The notes under the pieces: model-generated
Databases searched by the model: none
What the model was told of the DNA's origin: nothing
Seen by the model: the letters and a program-made list of their open reading frames with translations, nothing else
Made by a program: the position numbers and the translations under genes
From: Bispira polyomma
Lineage: Eukaryota
Length of the DNA: 64,000 nucleotides
Direction: 5' to 3'
Assembly (NCBI GenBank): GCA_965649765.1
Contig: OZ287755.1
Location: 1,550,001-1,614,000, forward strand
Shown here: positions 13,753-27,257 of the stretch, one piece after another
Numbering within the stretch: position 1 is the stretch's first letter
How the letters are laid out: each line of letters starts with the position of its first letter

Positions 13753-13840
13753 TTTGGTTGTAAAAAATTAAAATATAAAAAAACAAACAATTGTGTTTGG
13801 TGGTAAATACAGTTTCTAAGATGTAGCAACTAAAATCTGA

Positions 13841-14277
13841 TTATTGGGTTGAAATGAGGAACCCAGAGAATAGATTGAGTTGTGAGCCGCCCCAAAGTCT
13901 AGTGTTAGAGTATACAACTCTAACCCACACCTTCTCCCCAGAGTTACACTGTAACACCAGGGACTGGCTGGGGGTGATGTCGAGTCTCTCTGTACCAGAA
14001 TTATAGACTAAAAGGTGTGTTTGTACTGTACCAGACTTTACTAACCCAACACTAACCTTATAACTACTACCATCCTTTATATCATACCCAGACACAGAGT
14101 AAGTAAAAAAGTACACCCCTGTAACAGGGCAGGTGTACTCCCCGGTGTTATTGTTGTATTGCTCTCCCTCGTTGTAGTCTGATGTGGGGAAGACAAGTGT
14201 TTCTCCACTATTATACACCTTGAGTACCACACTTAGACTATGGGCCATGAACGCTGAAGTTGTCTTTGTCAGCCGCT
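13841..14277 (-). CDS. C1q domain-containing protein (C1qDC), exon 3: globular gC1q domain
   Basis: SAFMAH..TLVFPTSDYNEGEQYNNNTGEYTCPVTGVYFFTYSV..SQSLVLQCNSGEKVWVRV..FSGFLI* is a classic gC1q. Acceptor ttttgtgcacag ends at 14278, phase 1. Confidence 0.93.
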
Positions 14278-15280
14278 CTGTGCACAAAATTAAAAACACA
14301 GACACAACATAATGATATGGAAATATATCACTCCTGATAAAGAACAGGTCTTGATTAGATTGATACACTAACATAGCAGACGTAGATAGTGTCACCTTTA
14401 ATCATTAAGCTACTCTGGTACTTTAGTTACCAGCAGGGTTAAACAAATAAAAAACATTTAATTGATCTTTTTAAATATTTAATTGTTTTTAATATTTTAT
14501 TTTTTAAATCATTTTTTTTTTAATCACACATCACATGTAGAATTCTACATCTAGGTGATGTTAGATGTCTGATAGTAATTGTCAGTTTAAATTGAAATCA
14601 ACTTTAAACTTAATTTTTAGTAACTTTTACATACAAAATATAACTACTTCAACATTCCCTTGCATAATATTTGTATTACTCATATTAGAACATAAATATA
14701 TTTTTTTCCCAACACAGACAGTTTATACATAGTACAGTGAATATGTGTAATCAGGGAATATGCGTTTTCCTTGATATTATCAGGTAGTTATACACATTTA
14801 CTGAACCAAGTTCCTACTAAAGCTCAGACAAGTCCACAAGTCTAAGTGGTGGTGGCGTGAAAGTGGCATACCGTATTTTAAATAGGCTACATCACAGGTG
14901 GCCTAAAATGTCCAAATCAGTGGTGTAAAAGTGGTGTAATAGGTTAGGACCAAGCTATGCTAGTAGGTGACAGGGGATGGGAGGGGGTGTGACTGGCACA
15001 AATATTGTATTTGGTAATGTACGTTGTGGTACATGCATGAGTTATCAATATTGCCTTTACATTAATTGTGCTTCTATTGATTTTTAACCAATCAGTCTGT
15101 AATGGCATGAAACTGAGGGGCAAGGGGTAGGGTTAGTTGGAATGTTACTGATGCATGCTAATTGAATAAATTGCTTAGCACAGAGGTGCAGGTGTAGGTG
15201 TGGGGTAAAGTGGGGGGGGGTATGCCCCTCCCCAGTTCCCCCTCTGGTAAGAATTACATGTTTGTGAAAGGACACTGTTA

Positions 15281-15858
15281 TGATGTTGTCACACTAGCCT
15301 TACGTTTCGATTACACACACGATATGGCTAATGTAAGGTAAAACGTAGTGAAACATAAGCAGAACCTAGTGTATGTAAGTAATTTAAGCATGCGTGAGTA
15401 AGATGGTCCCATTTTCTTTTAAAAGCAAATAACAAACAACAAATTTCAAGCAGTCCGAAATTTTTTACGTTTTAGCCGTTTTGTGAAAACTTTCCTGAAA
15501 TAGTTGGTGCGTTCGCTGAAAATGTATGACACATACTTAATGCGTATTTGACTCAAAAGACGGGAGTAAAACGAACTATACATCCAAAAAATAGTAAAAA
15601 TGAGAACAAAACGGGTTTAGAAACATGGCTAAAGTATTTTAAAATGTTGCCAACGATACAAACATATTTGAAACGGCTGTTAAAACATATTAAATGCATG
15701 TACAAAACGTACAGATGCATGCAGTTGTGTACTGAAAGTGTACAAAATGGCCCATGCACTGATTTTTTGCTACGTTTTCCCAATTTTGCACATTTCTTTT
15801 TCTCCCATTTACGGAAATTAAAATGTAACGCGAACGTAGCTCAGTGTGACAGTAACCA
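15281..15858. mobile_element. MITE with imperfect TIRs (PIF/Harbinger-like)
   Basis: Left TGATGTTGTCACACTAGCCTTACGTTTCGATTACA versus right reverse complement TGGTTACTGTCACACTGAGCTACGTTCGCGTTACA. Flanks TTA / ATA. No coding capacity. Confidence 0.6.
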
Positions 15859-16215
15859 ATAAAATCGCTTCATACAACCATACATTGACCATGAACAACC
15901 AAGATGGAGATGCAGGTAAACAAAGCAACTTCTGTGAGATACCAAAAGATATTAAATATGTTAAGTCACAGTTATTAATCTAAATAATGGCCTCACATTT
16001 TGACAGAAGATGCAAAAGTATTTATTCTTTGTAGAGATATTTACTTTGTTGTTAAAGGTTGACATTTCCATTGAACTTTTGTAAAACTTTCAACTCCATA
16101 AATCTGCGAAATAATGTGACAAATATATTGTATCCTATGACTATACACCAGCAAGAAGCTTCTAACCAAAATCAAAATAAAATATATATTTTTTTGGAAC
16201 TTATATGTTGACATG

Positions 16216-16828
16216 TAGACAGATAGACAGTTTTTCTAACCCTTAGGTAGACAGGTAGACAGTTTTTTTAACCCTTAGGTGGACAGGTAGACAGTTTTTT
16301 AGCCCTTAGGTAGACAGTTTTTTTAGCCCTTAGGTAGACAGGTAGACAGTTTTTTTAACCCTTAGGTAGACAGGTAGACAGTTTTTTTAACCCTTAGGTA
16401 GACAGGTAGACAGTTTTTTAACCCTTAGGTAGACAGGTAGACAGTTTTTTTAGCCCTTAGGTAGACAGGTAGACAGTTTTTTTAACCCTTAGGTAGACCG
16501 GTAGACAGTTTTTTTAACCCTTAGGTAGATAGGTAGACAGTTTTTTAGCCCTTAGGTAGACAGGTAGACAGTTTTTTTAACCCTTAGGTAGACCGGTAGA
16601 CAGTTTTTTTAACCCTTAGGTAGATAGGTAGACAGTTTTTTAACCCTTAGGTAGACAGGTAGACAGTTTTTTTAACCCTTAGGTAGACAGGTAGACAGTT
16701 TTTTTAACCCTTAGGTAGACAGGTAGACAGTTTTTTAACCCTTAGGTAGACAGGTAGACAGTTTTTTAACCCTTAGGTAGACAGGTAGACAGTTTTTTAA
16801 CCCTTAGGTAGACAGGTAGACAGTTTTT
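16216..16828. repeat. 31-32 bp minisatellite, about 20 units (AACCCTTAGGTAGACAGGTAGACAGTTTTTTT)
   Basis: Directly visible, highly homogeneous array in C1qDC intron 2. Confidence 0.97.
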
Positions 16829-18585
16829 GTTGTTGTTGTAACTCATACATAGACGGATAGGCAGATAATATTGGTTTGCTTTTAGGCACACAGCTAGACA
16901 AATAGATACATGTCTCCGAGATTTGTGACCGCAAGGTCACTTCCTCTTGTTTAAATTTAAGACAGTCTATCTGATTACAATCTAAAAACCCACTGACCAC
17001 TGTGACCCCACACATCCCAGGTTAAGAGTGTTAACACACGGTAGAGGGTTGGCTCAATCTGGCTCAAGTTGCTCAAATTCACCTCTGGAGGAGGGTTCTT
17101 TTTAATCTGTGTTGACACTGATCGGGAGCGTTCACACTAACCCTCTATCTGCTTCAATCTTTGTCAATCAGGATAAATTTACAAGTGTGAATGCAAGTTG
17201 TAACTAATGATTCTAAGCAGTTTGAAATTAATGCGTTAGAGAGAAAATCATTTGACAGGCCACTGTATGATAAATTAACTGGAATCTGAGGACCACTGGA
17301 CCTAAGAATGTTATTATTTCAATTAGAACATAGTTGCATTCACAAAAGGGTATATGCAAAATATTTATTGGTTAATACAATTAGTGCATCTACCAGGACA
17401 AATCTAATACTGTAATAATTTTAGGTGTGATATATTCCTCACATTCCCAATGAGAGTTAAGACCTACTTCATTTATGTTCACATGTAGGTATACTAATTG
17501 CAAACCACATTCAAGTATGAGGTATATACAGTTCAGTCCTCTTCTTAGTCAATTTACAAATATTAACAATTTAGGTGTGGATATATTCAATTTACAGTAG
17601 ATTTCACAATACTCTGTCACCTCCGATTTCTATTCAGGAGCTAAAAACATATTTAATTGATGACCACATTTAGGAACACTCATTTTAAAGTACAATAACA
17701 TCTAAGAGATACATATAGTAAAGTCATATTCTCAGTTCATTGTCAAATATTATTAATTTTAGGTGTGGAAATGCTCCATATAGAGTGGATTTCACAGTAC
17801 CCTGCCACTTCAGATTTCACAAGCAAGATCACTTCAGGGGCCTGCTGTGTCAGTTCCGAAAAAAACATTTTGTAAAACTATTCTTGTTTCACTCTCTGTC
17901 TATCCACTAATTAGCTATCAACCAATCAGCAATTATACCCCCCTCCTTTAATTAGCTTGTGTATCTCCTCACGTACGAATTTCACCATTTTAAACCCAGG
18001 AAACCACGGGGAAACACAGGTTGTAACAAATCTAGTCACCCTCTCCTTCAACCAAGTGTAAGGAACTTTACAAAATCACTAGTGTCTCATTAGAGCCATT
18101 ACACTAATGTTAAACATAAACTATTACTATTTGGTTTGCTTGCTCCATGGTGAAGGGATTTGGGGTCCATATCTGTGATACTCAGATATAGCATTTGTTT
18201 TAATTCCTAAGTACTGGGTATTCTTGACAAATAAATGTATTAGTTTAAACGTACATGAATATTTCTCAAATATAAATCCAACACTGCATTAGTACTGTTG
18301 CCATTCAGACATAATCTCATACAAATTGTCTATAATGCAGTCTTATATTGACATTAATCGGAGAAGCAAAATGTCTTTAGTCTCAGGCCACAGTAATTAG
18401 TAATTACCAATAATTTTCACTGAGGGACATCATAGTCAGATAGAGTAGAACTGTTAGATACATTGTTTTATAGCAAAAGCCAACCTAAAATTCCGCATGT
18501 CTATATTTACAAGCTCTACATGGTTGAGATGTGAAAATAACTAGACAACAAGCACAAGCTGGGAATCTTTGCAACACGTGTGATT

Positions 18586-21500
18586 TCGCTTCTCATATTA
18601 TACATATAAACCTCATTGATATAAAACAACTCTGTTAATTGCTTCTATTCTTTTAATTTCACTTATTTCACATAATAGTGTTTTATGTGTGTCAATATAA
18701 AACGCAATAGACAAGTATAGAGGGTCGCCTCAAGAAGAATAAATATAACTAAGGGGTATTAACACTTTTATTTAGGTGTGAGTTGTGGGTTCAAGTTGCT
18801 GGTCCAGACTTTCCATGGTCGTAAGTTCTTCATAACACATATCATTCAGAATTGTTGCCAAAATTTCTGTCTCTGGGTTAAAATTATTTATCCAAATTAC
18901 CAGAAATGCCCCACACCCCAGAGTTGTTGAAGTTATAGACATATATTAACAACGAGTTATTAGCCACAGTGAAGAGAGTGACCAGTGATTTTCTTATTCT
19001 ATTTATGGAATTCCCCCTTCTGTATTTGATATCACAAATTTCAGCTGAGGTTGTTATTCACAAAACATTTGGTCTGATTTTTCTTCCAATAATAGAGTAG
19101 CTTTGACCAGCCAGCTTAGTAGATTAAATTTAGATCAGCATGAATCAAATATGGATGACAGGAGATTTTTGAGGGAAGAAAAATACCAAGAACAGATCAA
19201 ATATTTAATGTTTTCAGATGAAGTGATTCTTGGTTTGTGAATATCGATTTAATCCAAAAATCACTTTTTCAACTTCTGACCTTGTCCCATGTTTGTAAAT
19301 ATCGCCTAAGGTTCTTGACATTATCAGAGAGCTGTATATCATTGCCTAGAAGTGTAATGGGGAATAATGATGATCTAAAATATTGACAGTGTTTCTTAAC
19401 AACAAAGAATGTCAAATACTTCCATGTTTAAGATCAGTGTTTTTGATTCAAAGAAATATAGTTTAAAGACGTTAGATAAATCTATAAGACCAGTATCAAG
19501 TCAGAAAATCTGTATCACATATACTTACAGTGACTTGAGCATTTAATCAATAATCTACACTCTGAAAACAAATATTTTTTTACTAATTTTAGGTCAATGT
19601 AGTCCAACTTTAAGTAACAATATCCTTATAACAATGTATTATAATTGCAATTCGTAAACCATTCACAAAGTACATAATAAGAACTTTTTAGTGATACTAA
19701 AATGAAAATGAACAGTTTTTTTCTCAAAAATTTGCTTTCCAGAGGTGAGCCCAAGGGAGCTCCGAGGATTAGTAGGTAATGCTACAACTTATGTAACAAT
19801 TTCATAACAGATGAGTTGGACATGCCCAGAAATCTCATAAAAACATCAATATTAGCGGATTAGTTGTTGGAATCGATCCCCCCAAAATTGCGAAGCACAA
19901 GAGGTAAAATTCTTTGCTCAATGTAAATTTTAGACTATAGCTCCCTACCAATTCCGAGAACTACTTGGTAACACGCCACAGGTAACTCACTAGCCAAGTA
20001 TAACCTTGCTTGCGTATTCACAATTAGGTTAATAAGCAATTGATCACCTACTTTAATTGTACAATGGAAAAAAGTGGCCGAGGATGTGCTCTGGAAGGGG
20101 ACAAGTTCATCCACCACAAAAAATATAATAATATCAGTACTACTGAGCTAAACCAACATAGTACTTTATGAAGGGATGGCCACTATAACACTGAGTTGAT
20201 TAAAATCGTGATTTAAATCAAACAACCCTGGTTACCAGTAATGAAATGTATCTTACTGTTTAGGGTATAACTAACATGTTAGTATAAATGTATATGTTGC
20301 ATGTCACTTATTTTAACAATAACAGAATCTGTTTGCCTGTGTTTTTATATTATAACCTTTAGTCGTATTTGCCCACTGTAGTGGTACTTTAGACTGAGAT
20401 TGTAGGACAGGAGTAGCAGGTTTTTTCTTTCCTAGTTTTGATGTTTTTCATTAATAGCACTTTTTGGTGATGACTTTTACCTTCTTTTTTCCTAGAAAAA
20501 ATAAGTACCTCCCAGAATGTGACATCAATTTGATGCTATACAACTTCTTACTTCAGTTAAATTAAACATCAAATCAATCAGGCAATTTGTCAATTTTCCA
20601 GCCCCTCTCTTTGCCATATAGCTTGACAAGCTTTATAAATTACCGGCAGTATTTTTTGGCCAGCATTAACATAACTATATCTTGTGTGTAATTGTCTTGC
20701 AATGCATAATGTGTATAAAAATATAGTTGACTTATGTGTCACGTGTTATCACATCTTTAAATATGTATACCCTTTAAAATGGCAACTTGAAATCTTTGTA
20801 CCAATCTGTACTTTTGAGCCATTGTAGAATCGACTAGAAATCATTGGCAAGCAGTTAACATATTTTTAAATTTTCAGTCAGTTCATCATAATCACAAATT
20901 GTCACTGCAACAGATTTTCCAATTTAAAAATTATATGTGAGGCCATTTTTGGAAACCAGAAGCAAAATCAATGCTCCTGCAAAATCAAATGTCTGGCAAA
21001 ACCAAGTGTTAAAAAATAAATTTACACACTGACTCTACAATAAACTTCTGATATTTGACAAAGCAATCATATAAATACTTACCGTTATTCAGATGGTCTA
21101 ATCGTGTGTCCAACCTGTTTACTTCTCTATCAACTTTGCTATTTGTCTCTGTAGAAACATAACACAAAATTGTTGTGTTGTTGTTTTACTAGTTTAATGT
21201 AGGTAATGTATCTGCTATAATCATGGGAAAAACTTGTGACATATAACAATTATTATTGCACACCTGATTGTCACCAACTTTTCCCTGAAGTTATTGTTTT
21301 TATCATAATAAGATTTGGCATGTGCATTATGCTTACAAACATGTGATAATATTAGGACACCAATCAATTTTCAATCGAGCAAAAATTTACTGATTGATGG
21401 GCATTTGAGTATGTAGTTTTCGGTGTATCAGGGGTGAAAATATGTGAAGTCTGCTTTATTATTCCTTCTAGAGATTATGAATGTACTGGGAGGAAAGCAC

Positions 21501-21597
21501 TGGTTGGGATTGTAAATATGCATGTCACCTTCCCCCAACCTGCTCTTCAAGGTCAAACTGGGATCATCAAGTAAAAATGCCTCATATCTCCTTTGTT
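18586..21597 (+). repeat. ~3-kb local duplication, copy A (contains the intact C1qDC exon 2)
   Basis: Colinear with 22949-25868 from CGCTTCTCATATTATAC to TCAAGTAAAAATGCCTCA.ATCTCCTTT. Confidence 0.92.
21083..21148 (-). CDS. C1qDC exon 2 (66-bp symmetric phase-1 coiled-coil exon)
   Basis: ctacag|AG ACA AAT ... AAT AAC G|gtaagt encodes (E)TNSKVDREVNRLDTRLDHLNN and joins exon 1 and exon 3 in frame. Confidence 0.82.
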
Positions 21598-21910
21598 AGT
21601 AAGTAATGCCACAACTTGTGTAACAATTTCGAAACAAATGAGCTGGACATGTCCATAAATCTCATAAAAACATCAATATTAGCCGATTCGTTGTTGGAAT
21701 CGATCCCCCAAAATCACAAAGCACAAGAGGCAAAATTCTTTGCTTAATGTGAATATCACACTATAGCTCCCTACCAGTTCCAATTATAACCTAGCTTGCG
21801 TATTTGCTTCATTAATTCCAACAAGGTGCAACTGAGCTGCAACTAATGTGCAAACAACCTGCAACCAACATAACCATAAATGTCATATATATCACCCCTA
21901 ATCATAATGT

Positions 21911-22171
21911 GGGGCTGCGGTGGCCTAGTGGTTAGCAAGCATTGCGCTTCACAATCACTAGTCTCTCACCTCTGGGCGGCGTGAGTTTCGAATCCCATCG
22001 ATGCCTATGTGGGAAAGGTGGCAGTTCCTTACTGTGGGCCGCTGGTTTCAGTGCAGAACCTTGACCAACTGTATACAGTGTTTCCTCCAGCGTTTCCAAC
22101 AACCCGTCTCAATATAACCTACTAAAAGGTACTACAGTGGACGTTAAATATCCAAATTCAAATTCAAATCC
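21911..22171 (+). mobile_element. Full-length tRNA-derived SINE with 11-bp TSD
   Basis: A box GTGGCCTAGTGG, B-box-like GTTTCGAATCCC, tail (CAAATT)n. TSD AATCATAATGT at 21900-21910 and 22172-22182. Confidence 0.9.
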
Positions 22172-22948
22172 AATCATAATGTTTGTTATATGTCTGCCTG
22201 GTCCACATCTAGATTGGCCCAATGGAAGAAGACCATCACAAATAATTTATTAATTACTAGGTCAAAAGGGGAATCTTATTTTACAAATAAAATAAAATAA
22301 CAAATAATATATTAAACCAGTGGATACATCCTCAGTACCAACCACTCCTGATGCATAAACCTACATTCTAGATGGAAATGGCAGGAAGTGCAGACAAATA
22401 AAGGGTGAATCGTTGTGAAGGCCGAACCATCCAGATACTGACCTTAATTGCTAACCAAGCAATGAAGTACACATTAACATGATTTACTTGTGACTTGTGA
22501 CCACGGAAACGTGTGACCATAAACACTTGAAACTCGCGACCGCCAATAATTTTCAATGTGTCAATCAATATTTTATAAAATTTCATCAGTTTTTCAAGAT
22601 CATCAATAAATAGATAAATTAAGTGTTAAATCTGTGGACCTTGTTATTTATTGAGTCCATAACTGATGTATATATATATCGGAATTGAAGCATGTGTATG
22701 TAATTTTATGCAAATTAGACAATCTCTGATCGTGGGAAGTTACAAGAAGTACCAACTTCCATTTAAGGTTATTTAACTAGCTTTGCCTTGGGAAGGACCA
22801 TCAATAAAATTTCATAAAATGATGAAACTTTGATAAAATATCACAGTATACATGTAGAATTTACACTTATTTGCTTTGATAAACATCTTATTATTGCTTT
22901 TTTGATAAAATTGGGCTGTTTTCGACACAAAAGTGTATTTTTTCGTGA

Positions 22949-25868
22949 CGCTTCTCATATTATACACATAAACCTCATTGATATAAAACAAAGTCTGTTA
23001 ATTGCTTCTATTCTTCTAATTTCACTTATTTTACATATTAGTGTTGAAGTTTTATGTGTGTCAATACAAGATGCAGTGAACAAGGATATAGGGTAGCTTC
23101 AAGAACAATAAATATAACTAGGGCGTATTAACACTTTTTTTTAGGTTTGAGTTGTAGGTTCAAGTTGCTGGTCAAGAGTTTCCATGGTCGTAAGTTCTTT
23201 GTATACCAGTAACACAGATAATTTAGGATCGTAGTGAAAAATTATGTCCCTGCGTTAAAATTCAATATCCAAAGTACTAGAAACGCCCCCACAAAATTGT
23301 TGAAGCTATAGACATATATCAACAACCGATTTAGCCACAGTGAAGGGAATGACTTTCTGATTCTATTTATGGATTCTATTTATGGAATTCCTTTCTGTGT
23401 TCGATATCACGAATCCCAGCTGAGGTTTTTATTCACAAAACATCTGGTCTAAATTTTCTTCCAATAATGGATAAACTTTGACCAGCCAGCTTGGTAAATT
23501 AAATTTAGATCAGCATGGATCAAATATGGATGTTTGAGGGAAGAAAATTACCAAAAACAGATCAAATATTTCCAGAAGAAGTAATTTTTGGTTTGTGAAT
23601 ACTGATTTGATCCAAAAATCACTAGAAACTTTTTCTCAACTTCTGATCTTGTTCTATGTAAATACCATCCATGTTCTTGACGTCATCAGAGAGCTGTATA
23701 TCATTGCCTATTGGTGTAATGAGAAATAATGATGATCTAAAGGATTGACTATCTTACCTACTAAAGAGTGTCAAATACTTTCATGTTTAAGATCAGTGTT
23801 TTTGATTCAAAGAAATATAGTTTAAAGACGTTAGATAAATTTATAAGACCAGTATCAAGTCAGAAAATCTGTATCACATATACTTATTGTGACATGGGCA
23901 TTTAATCAATAACCTACACTCTGAAAACAGATATTTTTAAAAATTTTAGGTATGTAGTCCAAGATTAAGTAGAAATATCTTCAAAACGATGTACTAGAAA
24001 TGCAATTAGTAAACTATTCACAAAGTACTTAGTAAGATCTTTTTAGTTATACCAAAATGAACATCTTAGGTTGAAATAGATACACACAATTTAGATTTTT
24101 TTTCTCCAAAATTTGCGTTTTAGGGGTGAGCCCAAGGGAGCTCTGAGAATTAGTAGCTAACTTGTGTAACAATTTCGACAGCGAGACTTTGTTTGATTAA
24201 CAGATGAGCTGGACATGCCCAGAAATCTCTTAAAAACATCAATATTAGCAGATTCGTTGTTGGAATCGATCCAAAACAAATCACAAAACACAAGAGGCAA
24301 AATTCTTTGCCCAATGTGAATGTTAGACTATAGCTCCCTACCAGTTCTGAGAACTACTTCTTAACACACCAGAGGTAACTCGCTAGCCAAGTATAACCTA
24401 TTTTGCACCTACACAACTAGGTTAATAGGTAATTGATCACCTACTTTAATTGTATAATGGAAAAGAGTTGTTGAGGCTGTGCTCTGGAATAAACTAACAT
24501 AGTACTTCATGAAGGGACGGCCACTACAACACTGAAGGTATTTAAATCGTGATTTAAATCAAACAACCCTGGTTACCAGTAATAGTAACAAAATGTATCT
24601 TGCAGTTTAGGGTACAACTAACATGCTAGTATACATATATATGTTGTGTGTCACTACATTTAACTATAACAGAACCTGTTTGCCTATGTTTTTCATATTA
24701 TAACCTTTAGTCTTATTTGCCCACTATGTTAGGACTATAGATTGAGTGTGTAGAATAGGGGTAGGAAGTTTCTTTCTTCCCTAGTTTTGATGTTTTTCAT
24801 TGACGTTTTACCACTTTTTTTAGAAAAAATGAGTGCCTTAGAAAATGTGATCTCAGTTTGGTGCTATACATCTACTTACTTCATTTAAATTAAACATTGA
24901 ATCAATCAGCCAACTCTCTTCGCCATATTGCATAAAGCTTACAGTGCTTTATAAATTTCCAGCAGCTTTTCCAGGCCGGCATTAACAAGACTATATCTTG
25001 TGTGTAGTTGCCTTGCAATGCATAATACGTATAACAAATATAGTTGACTTATGTGTCACATGTTATCACATCTTTAAATATTTATACCCTTTAAAATGGC
25101 AACTTGAAATCATTTTATGGTCTGTACTTTTGAGCCATTGTAGAACCGACTAGAAATCATTGGCAAGCAGTTAACATAATATTTAATTTTCATTCAGTTT
25201 ATTATAATCAGAAATTCTAACTGCAACATATTTTCCCATTTAAAATTATATGTGGGGCAATTTTTGTATACCAGAAGTAAAATCAATGCTCCTTCAAAAT
25301 AAAAGGTCTGGCAAAATCAAGTGTGGCAAAATAAATGTATACAGTGATTCTACAATAAACTTCTGATATTTGACAAAGCAATCATATTACTATTCAGTTC
25401 ATTGAATCGTCCATCAAGTTTGCTTATTGTCTCTGTAGAAACATAACACAAAATTGCTGTGTAGTTGTTTTACTAGTTTAATATAGGTAATGTATCGGCT
25501 AAAATCATGGAAAAAACGTCTGGCATATAACAATTATTTTTGATTGTTACCAACTTTTCTCCAATGGTATTGTTCTTATCGTGATAAGATTTGGCATGTG
25601 AATTATGTATACATACACGTGATAATATTTGAACACCAATCTATTTTCAAATCAATTGGGCAAATTAATACTGATTGACAGGAATTTGATTATGCAGTTT
25701 TGGTAAATCAGGGGTGAAAATGTGCTTTATAATTGCTTCTAAAGGTTTGGAATGTACTGGGAGGAAAGCACTGGTTGGGATTGTAAATGATCTTGTCATA
25801 TTCCCTCAACCTGCACTTCAAGGTCAAACTGGGGTCATCAAGTAAAAATGCCTCAGATCTCCTTTATT
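22949..25868 (+). repeat. ~3-kb local duplication, copy B (contains a disabled copy of C1qDC exon 2 at ~25390-25432)
   Basis: Colinear with 18586-21597. The exon-2 homologue keeps the acceptor (TTGTCT CTGTAG) but lacks the ACTTAC donor and part of the exon. Confidence 0.92.
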
Positions 25869-27015
25869 ATTGCTTCTAGAGCTTGTAATGTCTATTTAGG
25901 GAATAGACTTGAGTCATAAAAATGAAACTGCAAGTGAAGACTTTGCGTCATAACTGTATGTTTACATTAATTATGATTTAAAACTATAAACAAGATCTGA
26001 GTGCCCGAACATACCCATTATTGAGTAATATAGAAATACACTAGTCAGTATAATGGCATTACACGTAATATTTTCTGAAATATGACACAAACAATACTGG
26101 AAATTTACTTTTATAACCCCAACTTGACCTTAAATCCAAAAATTGTCACTCACTGAAAAAAATAATTCATTACCCTGTTTTTCACTATTTTGTACGATAG
26201 CTCAGCTCTGTCAATCAGTCAACTATCACTAGATTGATCCACCATAAACGTCTAGTCTTTTGTATTTGCAATGTGCATGCCAAATTATATTTCATTGAAC
26301 TGTGACAAGTATGTTTAAAGAAAAATTAATAAAAATGAAAGATAGAGGAAAAATAGCAAACAGCCCATTTTAGGTACTCCGTACTCATTAGGTATAGTGA
26401 TGCAGAGTTCTTAAATATTGAGAATTATAAATGTATAATTGAAATGTGAGATTCTATGTATGAGGGCCAAAGCAATCAATGTTTAATGAGAATGACTACA
26501 ACTTCATGTTTGATTATTTTTCCCTAAAGTTAAAGTCATAATTGTAACATAAGTACATATATGTGCACATTGTAAATAGTTATATGTACTACTTTAAACA
26601 TAACACAAACATGTTCTCATGTAGTTTTACTAGTTTATTGTGTGTATGGACTTGTGTTTATTATGTACATTGACATATATCACCCAATTTGAAGATTTTG
26701 GGCCAAAAGTAATGTTAAGTAAATAAATACAAAGTAATTTAAATCTGCGGATAAACATGAAAAATATCACTTCAATGTGAGACTATGCAATGAATACCAA
26801 GTAAATAAATTATGTTAAATAACCTAAACGTGATGAAATCATTTGAAACTAAGTCCAAAAATATTAGACATTGATATTCAGTTCAATGTAAAAAATATAC
26901 AATGAATACAACCAAAATATTTTATATTAATTTAACCATTACTTCAAGACTAACTATTTCCTACTTTAGAATTATGTTAAATAGTGCAGAATTTCTTGTT
27001 TCCATGTTATCATAC

Positions 27016-27199
27016 CATTCAGTTTCTCCTCCATGGCTTTCATTCTGTCATTACTCCTGTACAATTCTTCCTTCAAAACCCTCAGTTCTTCATGCAGGCC
27101 ACTGTTCTCCACACATGTACTTGTACCTGTTCCATGTTTAGTGGTTAACTGACAGTCACATACACAAATGACCAACAGTATCAGGTATAGAGTCTTCAA
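27016..27199 (-). CDS. C1qDC exon 1: signal peptide + coiled coil; the start codon reads ATTG (TTG in frame)
   Basis: KTLYLILLVICVCDC (signal-peptide-like), then LHEELRVLKEELYRSNDRMKAMEEKLN. Donor AAT G|gtatga at 27016/27015, phase 1. 184+66+437 = 687 nt = 228 codons + stop. Confidence 0.78.
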
Positions 27200-27257
27200 T
27201 CTTCTGTGTGTATTACCTCTGAAAGAGTGTGAGTCTTAAAAGAATATGAAAGCTGAA

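Noticed and set aside
14278-14395. N-terminal 39 aa of the ORF-track C1q protein
   Set aside because: It is intronic read-through upstream of a strong acceptor, with a non-ATG start.
16216-16828. CRISPR-like or telomeric array
   Set aside because: Units are contiguous with no unique spacers, there are no cas genes, and the unit is not a pure (TTAGGG)n or (TTAGG)n repeat.
21911-21990. tRNA gene
   Set aside because: A/B boxes are present but there is no complete cloverleaf. The sequence continues into a SINE body with tail and TSD.
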